Assembly (NCBI GenBank): GCA_963718915.1 | Contig: CAVRAI010000003.1 | Span: 240,001-272,000 of the forward strand | Direction: 5' to 3' | From: an uncultured Chloroflexia bacterium | GTDB lineage: Bacteria > Chloroflexota > Ktedonobacteria > Ktedonobacterales > JADMIN01 | Length of the DNA stretch: 32,000 bases | Shown: positions 25,682 to 32,000 of the stretch, one piece after another | How positions within the stretch are numbered: position 1 is the stretch's first letter | How the letters are laid out: each line of letters opens with the position of its first letter | The notes under the pieces: model-generated | Seen by the model: the letters and a program-made list of their open reading frames with translations, nothing else | The model's database searches: none | Told to the model about the DNA's origin: nothing | Position numbers and translations under genes: made by a program

Positions 25682-26197
25682 GTGGACATGTCGACGGATG
25701 AGCAGAACTGGTGGCGCCTGTTCACCGATCCGCACGGACGCTTTCACGTCGAGGTTCCTACCTCATGGCATGTGGAACAGTCTGAGGGCGCTTTCACCCA
25801 TAGCCACCAGGGGCATGTCTGGCAGGGGCGTCGCTACTTTACCCACTTGCTATCACCGGGTAGTGGTAGCAACGTACGACGAATGAGTCTGACGATTCGC
25901 ATCGAACAATTTGCGGAGACCCCGCCGCCGATCACTGGAGATCTGCCGGAGCCTACCGATCTCAAAACCCTGCGCGCCTACCGCATCGCTCACGACTCAG
26001 ACTGGCTCACCTGTATCGTTGGATACGCGCGAGTGCATATCCAGTACGAGATTCAGGGCGTATCTGGCGTATATCATGCCGTGGATTGGGAGCCGCCCGC
26101 AGCGCTCTCACCAGACGAGCGGCGCAGACGATTGGCGCTCGTCCAGCGCATCATTGATTCATTCGACCTGTTCGCACCGGATGGAGACCTGGCGTAG
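25682..26197 (+). CDS. Hypothetical protein
   Basis: 171-aa ORF with GAGGAGG upstream (start GTG 25682 or ATG 25688). I recognise no family. Confidence 0.55.
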   Translation: MDMSTDEQNWWRLFTDPHGRFHVEVPTSWHVEQSEGAFTHSHQGHVWQGRRYFTHLLSPGSGSNVRRMSLTIRIEQFAETPPPITGDLPEPTDLKTLRAYRIAHDSDWLTCIVGYARVHIQYEIQGVSGVYHAVDWEPPAALSPDERRRRLALVQRIIDSFDLFAPDGDLA

Positions 26198-26216
26198 CGC
26201 AGCGTCTCCCCATTCG

Positions 26217-26236
26217 CCGTAGCGTTTACGCTACGG
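26217..26236. terminator. Hairpin between convergent genes (possible bidirectional terminator)
   Basis: CCGTAGCG-TTTA-CGCTACGG forms a perfect 8-bp stem between the stops at 26197 (+) and 26267 (-). There is no clear U-tract. Confidence 0.35.
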
Positions 26237-26266
26237 ACAGGACACCCAATGTGTTGTTCGCCCGCG

Positions 26267-27391
26267 TTAATACACACCTGGCGTCTTGATGGCGACGGCC
26301 TTGCGTAGCGACTCCATGTCGCGCACGGTCATCGCCAGGTCGCGGGCGAGACGGCCCACCTCGCGCATGTTGTGGTAGTAGTTCATCTGCATGTCGATGC
26401 CCATCAGCAGCCCCAGCAGCATCGCCTCGGGCAGCGCCTCGCGCTCGATGGCGGAAAGCGGCCGCACACGATGGTAGGCTGCGACGGTTGCCCGCAGCAG
26501 CGGTGGCCGCCGATCACCCAGCCCCCAGGCAAGGTCGAAGAGCGGCGTATCGCGGTGGGCGCGCTCGAAGTCCAGCACGCCGCTGATGATGGCGTTCGAT
26601 GATTCACCGCGCCAGAGCACGTTGGCCATCGTAAAGTCGCCATGGACGACCATCTTGGGCAACTGCGGATAGAGGTCGCCAAAGTAGCGCGTCGCCAGTC
26701 GCTCGCGCACGAAGCCCAGCAGCCCTTCGGGCAACTCCGGTGTTGGCTGCCAGCTCTCCAGCACCCGATCTACCGTTTCGAGCGTCCATGCGGTCCAGGG
26801 CTGGAACGAGCTTCCCTCAGGCGTACAGCTCTCCAGCGCGCTATGGAGCGAGGCCAGCATCTCCGCCGCCTTCGGGCGTCCCCACATCCAGTCGTTCTCG
26901 CTCGCCTGATGCCCGTCGCGCGCGGCATAGAGCGCCCACGTCGAGTCAGCGCCCTCGCAAAAATCGGCGCCGTTGGCGGCGGTGATGACACGCGGCGCAA
27001 GCATCCCCTCCTCAAATAGGTGCCTAAGGATGCTGTGGGTATAGTGGATGGATTCGACGGGATACCAGTCGTGGAAGCGCTTCAGAAAGTAGCGCTTATT
27101 GCCCGCAACCACCTCCCAGTAGTGGGCGCGCGGACGCTGCGTCGGCGTGCTTTCCGGCTTGCCGAACCGGCATTCCTGGAGGGCGTAGTGGCTGAGAATC
27201 TCTTCGACGACGCCAGTGGCGTTCCACTCGTCAAGCGTGAGCGTGCCACCGGCGAGACCGAAGCTCTCGGCGCAGTCCTCACAACCGATCAGTTCTCCGG
27301 CAGGGTTGACGACAAGCAGATCATCAAGCACACGACCACACGAAGGGCAAAATAATTGCTGAGGCGCGATGGGAGACATCGGAGCGGGCAT
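26267..27391 (-). CDS. Aminoglycoside-phosphotransferase-like (APH/homoserine-kinase-II-type) kinase with an N-terminal CxxC...CxxC zinc ribbon
   Basis: The SD is AAGGAG, 5 nt upstream. The catalytic loop is VVHGDFTMANVLW (HGDxxxxN) and the metal-binding motif is VLDFERA. The N-terminus FCPSCGRVLDD...GCEDCAESF carries four Cys. Confidence 0.8.
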   Translation of the reverse strand: MPAPMSPIAPQQLFCPSCGRVLDDLLVVNPAGELIGCEDCAESFGLAGGTLTLDEWNATGVVEEILSHYALQECRFGKPESTPTQRPRAHYWEVVAGNKRYFLKRFHDWYPVESIHYTHSILRHLFEEGMLAPRVITAANGADFCEGADSTWALYAARDGHQASENDWMWGRPKAAEMLASLHSALESCTPEGSSFQPWTAWTLETVDRVLESWQPTPELPEGLLGFVRERLATRYFGDLYPQLPKMVVHGDFTMANVLWRGESSNAIISGVLDFERAHRDTPLFDLAWGLGDRRPPLLRATVAAYHRVRPLSAIEREALPEAMLLGLLMGIDMQMNYYHNMREVGRLARDLAMTVRDMESLRKAVAIKTPGVY

Positions 27392-27900
27392 GGAAACTCC
27401 TTAGTAAGACTGCTGGGCGCTGTGCAGCCGGCATAGCCGTTGAAACGTACATCCCTGCACCGCCTCGTCAGACACGGTCCCCTGGCGCCCGTAACTCCAG
27501 AATAGCATTTCGAGATACGTCATCATCGAAGATCTGGGCCGCTCGGCATTGAGCAAGGCAGCATATACGCTGAGCCGCCGTGTTTACTTCGCTGATTTCC
27601 ACATACAGGCAAAACACACTGGCATAGTGGGGAATCATCAGGAGCTTAGGGGGCAACCGCGTCCTGCGGTTTCCGGTTGCGTCAATGACCATTCCCCATT
27701 ACGGAAGCCGAGGGAGATCCTGGGCTGGCAACGGCTCATCCGACAAACCGAGTCTGTCATACGCCGCCATGTCGTTACCAAACGTCAGACCCATTCGCGT
27801 GAATTTCCGGTGGCCTTCCGATATGGCGCCAGCATAACACAGAAGGCCCAACCATGCAAAGACTATTACATCTGGCGGTAGCCATATCAGGTCATGCCAG

Positions 27901-27930
27901 ATGGCGACGAATGGCGACGAATGGCGACGG
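27901..27930. repeat. 3 x 10-bp perfect or near-perfect tandem repeat
   Basis: ATGGCGACGA ATGGCGACGA ATGGCGACGG lies immediately downstream of the aminotransferase stop. Confidence 0.85.
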
Positions 27931-27936
27931 ACGGCC

Positions 27937-29133
27937 TCAGGCGTGCGATACACCGCTCGTCTGTGCCTGTCGCGCTGCCAGCCAGCCCTTAATCTGCGCC
28001 AGCGCCCGCTCGATCTGCTCGATGGAGTTGGCGTATGACAGCCGGATATAGCCCTCGCCAAACGCGCCAAACGCCGTCCCCGCCAGCACCGCGACGCCCG
28101 CCTCATTCAGCAGCGCATCGGCCAGCTCGCGCGAGTGCAGCCCTGTTCCGGTGATATTGGGGAAGGCGTAGAAGGCGCCGCCCGGTGTCGCGCACGTCAC
28201 GCCGGGGATGTCGTTCAGCCCGGCGACGATCACATCGCGCCGCTTATGGAACTCCGCCACCATCTCCTCCGACGGCTGCTGCGATCCGGTGAGCGCGACG
28301 ACGCCCGCCATCTGGGTAAAGGTTGCCGTGCAGGAGTTGCTGTTGGTCATCAGCCGGGTAATCGCGGGAACCATCTCGCGCGGGAAGAGGCCATAGCCCA
28401 GCCGCCACCCCGTCATAGCGTAGATTTTCGAGAAGCCGTCAAGCACAATAGTGCGTTCGCGCATACCAGGGCGCGCGGCGATGCTGACATGTTCGCCGCC
28501 ATAGAGCATGCGGCTGTAGATCTCATCGGAGAGCACCATCAGGTCGGGATATTTCAGCACCGTGGCGGCAATCTGCTCCAGGTCGTCGCGGCTGAGGACG
28601 CCGCCCGTGGGGTTGTGTGGCGAGTTCAGAATGATCAGGCGCGTCCGCTCATTGACGGCGTCGCAGAGTTTGTCCACATCCAGCGAGAAGCCACGCGCCT
28701 CCTCGATCTGCGCGGGCACCGCGCGTGCGCCGACAAACTGGATCATCGACTCATAGATGGGGAAGCCTGGATTGGGGTAGATGACCTCGTCGCCCTCCCC
28801 ACACAGCGCGAGGATGGAGAAGAACATGACCGGCTTGCCGCCCGGCGTCACCACCACGTCATCCGGCGCGAAGGCGATCCCACGGCGTGCGGTCGCGTCC
28901 TGGGCGATGGCCGCGCGCAGTTCGGGGATGCCTGGCGCGGGCGTGTAGTGGGTGTAGCCATCGGCCAGCGCCTGGCGCGCCGCCTCGATGATGTAGGCAG
29001 GTGTTGTGAAGTCAGGCTCGCCAATTTCCAGGTGGATAATCTCTCTACCCTGCGCTTCGAGCGCTTTGGCGCGCGCCAGCACCTCGAACGCCGTCTCAGT
29101 GCCCAGTTGTCCCATTCTCTGTGCGAACTTCAT
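27937..29133 (-). CDS. Class I/II PLP-dependent aminotransferase (aspartate aminotransferase-like)
   Basis: The best start is ATG 29133 (MKFAQRMGQLGTETAFEVLARAKALEAQGREIIHLEIGEPDF), with GGAGAAGAG upstream. The PLP-lysine motif is SKIYAMTGWRLGY, and NPHNPTGG is also present. Confidence 0.93.
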   Translation of the reverse strand: MKFAQRMGQLGTETAFEVLARAKALEAQGREIIHLEIGEPDFTTPAYIIEAARQALADGYTHYTPAPGIPELRAAIAQDATARRGIAFAPDDVVVTPGGKPVMFFSILALCGEGDEVIYPNPGFPIYESMIQFVGARAVPAQIEEARGFSLDVDKLCDAVNERTRLIILNSPHNPTGGVLSRDDLEQIAATVLKYPDLMVLSDEIYSRMLYGGEHVSIAARPGMRERTIVLDGFSKIYAMTGWRLGYGLFPREMVPAITRLMTNSNSCTATFTQMAGVVALTGSQQPSEEMVAEFHKRRDVIVAGLNDIPGVTCATPGGAFYAFPNITGTGLHSRELADALLNEAGVAVLAGTAFGAFGEGYIRLSYANSIEQIERALAQIKGWLAARQAQTSGVSHA

Positions 29134-29221
29134 TGGTCTCTTCTCCACACTCGCGACTCTGCGAGTGATGCATACAGGTCGTCTTTCCGTGCATAGGCGG
29201 AGGGGCGAGGCAAGCCAGCTT

Positions 29222-29492
29222 CGCGGCATAATGTGGTTTTACGATGTACGACGGACCGCCACGGTGGCTGGCGGTTAAAACCGCGCCTGAGCGGCCTCGC
29301 TGCGCTCCGCCACGAAACCCGCCGTCGCGGGTTGTGGCAAACCGCTCGCCAGCAGGTCTCGCGTTGGAACACGATCTGGGAAGTCCGCGCAGGCGGACTT
29401 CGTGGCCGCAGGCCCTTCAGGCGCGGTTTCAACCGCCCGCGCTGCCCAGCACATGTCCGTCGTACTTTCTAAAACCACATAAATGCCGCGGC
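29222..29492. repeat. ~270-bp nested, almost fully self-complementary element (MITE/REPIN-like cluster or structured RNA)
   Basis: Several segments pair: 29223-29229/29483-29489, 29231-29241/29470-29480, 29246-29256/29455-29465 and 29270-29296/29411-29437. The 29270-29296/29411-29437 arms are 27 nt with 3 mismatches. A further pairing is 29300-29316/29399-29411. Perfect local hairpins lie at 29316-29333 (AACCCGC-CGTC-GCGGGTT) and 29380-29401 (GAAGTCCGC-GCAG-GCGGACTTC). Confidence 0.6.
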
Positions 29493-29570
29493 GAATTACG
29501 CTACGGCCTGCCTCTCCGCCAGCCGCCCACCATCTTGAGGGATGATAGCACGATTCCCGCCACAATCGTA

Positions 29571-30578
29571 CTACCAGTCGCTCGGCAGCGTCGAGCGGCC
29601 CTGGCCGAGCGCGTCGTTGTTTAGCCCGGCGGGAAGCGCCTCGCCCTTCAGCCCGGCAATCAGGTTGCGCGCCGCGATATCGGCCATCTTGCCACGGGTC
29701 ACGCGGCTGGCGCTGGCGATATGCGGCACGACGAGGCAGTTGGGCTGCTGGACGAGCGGCGAATCGGCGGCCAGCGGCTCCGGCTCGGTCACGTCGAGAG
29801 CGGCTCCGGCGATCTGCCCGCTTTGCAACGCCTCCAACAGCGCATCGGCGTCCACCACCGGCCCGCGCGAGGTGTTGATCAGAATCGCGCTGGACTTCAT
29901 CAGCGCGAACCGCTCGCGGTTCATCAGGTGATGGGTTTCGGGCGTGAGTGGCGTGTGGACGCTCACGAAGTCGGCCTGCGCCAGCACATCTTCCAGCGGC
30001 GCATAGGTCAGGCCGTACTGTTGCTCAAAATCCTCATGGCGAATCACGTCATAGTAGATGACCCGCATCTCGAAGCCACGGGCGCGTTTGGCCATCTCGA
30101 CGCCGATACGTCCCAGCCCCACCAGGCCGAGCGTCGCGTGATGCACGTCGTGGCCAAGCAGCAGCATCGGCCCCCAGGTCTTCCACCTGTCCGCCCGCAC
30201 GTAGTCCGCTCCCTCGACGATACGGCGCGCCGAGGCCATCAGCAACGCGAAGGCAAAGTCCGCCGTCGTCTCGGTGAGCACGCCCGGCGTGTTGCCCATC
30301 AGAATGCCGCGGCTACTGCCCGCCGGAATATCGAGGTTGTCGAAGCCGACGGCGTAGTTGCTCACGACGCGCAGACGCGGGCAGGCGTCCATCAGCTCGC
30401 CGTCGATCTTATCGGTGAGCAGGCTGACCAGCCCATCGGCGTCGCGGGTCTCGCGCAGGATCACCTCACGCGAGGGCGGCAATTCATCTTCCCAGACGGT
30501 GGCGTCGCAGAACGCGCGAATCTGATCAAGCCCTTCATTGGGGATAACGCGCGTGACAAAGACCTTTGGCTTGCCCAT
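29571..30578 (-). CDS. D-isomer-specific 2-hydroxyacid dehydrogenase (glyoxylate/hydroxypyruvate reductase-like)
   Basis: 335-aa ORF with the SD AGAGGAG. The N-terminus is KPKVFVTRVIPNEGL. The NAD motif is LGLVGLGRIGVEMAKRA. The catalytic region has the R..E..H arrangement (NTSRGPVVD...DVTEPEP...PHIASAS). Confidence 0.92.
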   Translation of the reverse strand: MGKPKVFVTRVIPNEGLDQIRAFCDATVWEDELPPSREVILRETRDADGLVSLLTDKIDGELMDACPRLRVVSNYAVGFDNLDIPAGSSRGILMGNTPGVLTETTADFAFALLMASARRIVEGADYVRADRWKTWGPMLLLGHDVHHATLGLVGLGRIGVEMAKRARGFEMRVIYYDVIRHEDFEQQYGLTYAPLEDVLAQADFVSVHTPLTPETHHLMNRERFALMKSSAILINTSRGPVVDADALLEALQSGQIAGAALDVTEPEPLAADSPLVQQPNCLVVPHIASASRVTRGKMADIAARNLIAGLKGEALPAGLNNDALGQGRSTLPSDW

Positions 30579-30650
30579 ACGTACGACTCCTCTATTCCTG
30601 TTCTTTCAAGAATGGCCCTATCCGACTCCAGCGGCGGATCGTGGCGCGGC

Positions 30651-30676
30651 GCGCGTGACGAGCGCGCGTGACGAGC
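30651..30676. repeat. 2 x 13-bp perfect tandem duplication
   Basis: GCGCGTGACGAGC GCGCGTGACGAGC lies in the divergent intergenic region. Confidence 0.85.
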
Positions 30677-31020
30677 GCGGCTCCGTCTTCCAGTGTACTC
30701 CACACGGTAGCTCTCTGCGCGATACTTCTAGGATTGCCGCTCTCCACGTCAAGATACTATTCGTCACCCTGCTTGGTATTCCAAGCGGCGCTTTGGGATA
30801 CACTGTCTTCTGATAACACGGTCGGAATCCTCTTCATTGTATGCATTTGTGGTGCTTTGGCTGCGTCCTAATCGTATGAAATGACACAACAGCAGTGGGA
30901 CGGCGCGTGGCGTCGTCTTCCACGGGAATAATTAGCAGGTGTTCGGCGCTGTGCGGGAGATTGTTAGCGCCTGCGTGGATGAACAGGCGCACTGGGGCTG
31001 AGAGAAGGGCAGAGCGTGTG

Positions 31021-32000
31021 ATGGAGAGCAGCAATTCGGGATACGCCAGCAGATCACCACAATCCGCATTCTCGTCATCGTTGCGGCGCAGAGACGACCA
31101 GGCGACGCCCCCGCCCGCGCAACGTCGCGCCTTCCGGCGTCTGCATGCCCAGCAACAGTTTTTGCCGCTACTCATCCTGACGATTGCGCTGATGTTGCTC
31201 GTGGTCATTGCGACTGGCTACGTGGCCGCGCGCGCCAACGCAATCAGCAGCGCCGAAGCGACCGCCCGATCCAATGCCCAACTCGCCCGCGAAGTGGTGA
31301 GCGAACGCGGCCAATTCCCCGCGCTTGCCAATAATCAACTGGTGGCAAGCACTGGTACCAGCAACTACGCCCTGGTCAATGATACCTGGGTGGTCGACCA
31401 CGTGCGCCAGTTGACTGGCGATCAGACGGTGATCTATCAACTCATCGCTACCAACACCAGCCCGTCCTCATTACAGGCAATCTCCTCCAATATGCGCAGG
31501 TTCGACGCGCAGGGCCACCCTATCGCCAACACCCGCGCCACCGGCCAGACGATGCCGACAAACGCGCAGTCCGCGATCTTTGGCGCGTGCGGCCAGATCA
31601 CCGACAGCGCCGCCTGTTACGGCATCTTCAGCGGCGAGGTGACAATTGCTGGTGTGAGCTACGTCGCCGCATTCGAGCCATTGGTAGATCAGGGCGGCCA
31701 ACTGGTGGGCGCCGTCGGCGTGCTCATGCCACTGGACGACGTGCTGGCGCCGCCGAAACAACTGGCGATTATGCTGCTGATGATGGGGCTGCTCGTCGGA
31801 TTGATCGCGCTGGTCACGGGCACATGGCTGGCCAGCCGCACTCCCAACCGCCTGCTGGCGCAACTCGATGGCCAGCTCGACGTGATGGCGGGCGCCGCCA
31901 CCGAACTGGGACGGCTGGCGCACCAGCAGCAGTTCCGATTGCAACGTCAGCAGCGCACCGCGCGCCAGGTGGGCGAGCACGCGCGCAGGTTGGAGGCGCT
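31021..32000 (+). CDS. Membrane sensor protein with a periplasmic Cache-like domain, 5' part (runs off the window)
   Basis: This frame-1 ORF is absent from the track because it has no stop in the window. ATG 31021 has GAGAAGGG upstream, and an alternative ATG lies at 30979. TM1 is FLPLLILTIALMLLVVIATGYV. The ~150-aa extracytoplasmic domain has Cache-like blocks (YALVNDTWVVDHVRQLTGDQTVIYQ, VSYVAAFEPLVDQGGQLVGAVGVLMPLD). TM2 is LAIMLLMMGLLVGLIALVTG, followed by a coiled-coil. The minus-strand ORFs 31168..31440 and 31471..31980 are antisense artefacts. Confidence 0.65.
   Translation, partial: MESSNSGYASRSPQSAFSSSLRRRDDQATPPPAQRRAFRRLHAQQQFLPLLILTIALMLLVVIATGYVAARANAISSAEATARSNAQLAREVVSERGQFPALANNQLVASTGTSNYALVNDTWVVDHVRQLTGDQTVIYQLIATNTSPSSLQAISSNMRRFDAQGHPIANTRATGQTMPTNAQSAIFGACGQITDSAACYGIFSGEVTIAGVSYVAAFEPLVDQGGQLVGAVGVLMPLDDVLAPPKQLAIMLLMMGLLVGLIALVTGTWLASRTPNRLLAQLDGQLDVMAGAATELGRLAHQQQFRLQRQQRTARQVGEHARRLEA

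Noticed and set aside
29375-29392. TGGGAAGTCCGCGC resembles the RNase P RNA P4 string GAGGAAAGUCCGGGC
   Set aside because: No other RNase P conserved regions or architecture occur around it. The string is simply one arm of a perfect local hairpin inside the palindromic element.
30876-30895. ATGACACAACAGCAG, a possible fourth partial copy of the paralog-leader motif ~145 nt upstream of the sensor gene
   Set aside because: Only about 13 nt match, with an indel, and the rest of the motif (GATGGTGA..GTACCGC) is absent. This is within chance expectation for a 32-kb window.
31168-31980. Minus-strand ORFs 31168..31440 and 31471..31980
   Set aside because: They lie antisense to a plus-strand frame that gives a coherent TM-Cache-TM sensor architecture, and their translations are low-complexity (R/G/A/H-rich).

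Overview
This is a high-GC bacterial chromosomal window. The GC-rich REP-like hairpins and an NB-ARC/TPR gene suggest a Chloroflexota/Ktedonobacteria-like or actinobacterial genome, but that placement is a low-confidence inference. Housekeeping genes read clearly from the translations: GH1 beta-glucosidase, alpha-glucan phosphorylase, two MFS transporters, a PadR operon, an FAD-dependent ferredoxin-reductase-like oxidoreductase, histidine ammonia-lyase, a class-I aminotransferase and a D-2-hydroxyacid dehydrogenase. Between them sit visibly more AT-rich accessory patches. I flag six unusual items. (1) A ~3.6 kb DUF4062(TIR-like)-NB-ARC-TPR STAND/NLR-like gene at 5388-8964 is broken by one nonsense codon and about 15 frameshifts, and the same +1 insertion recurs in consecutive 120-bp TPR-coding repeats. 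(2) A degraded IS200-like Y1 (HUH) transposase is flanked by inverted copies of a ~33-nt hairpin, which is a RAYT/REP-like arrangement. (3) A ~270-bp nested, almost fully self-complementary element lies between two co-directional metabolic genes. (4) Two tandem paralogous genes of unknown function share a conserved leader and a ~45-nt motif, and a third copy of that motif lies upstream of the STAND gene. (5) There are two small nucleotidyltransferase-fold two-gene cassettes, one of them next to an Mrr restriction enzyme. (6) hutH has an anomalous 5' end. No rRNA, tRNA or CRISPR array was recognised. All family assignments come from reading the translations by eye; no database search was run.
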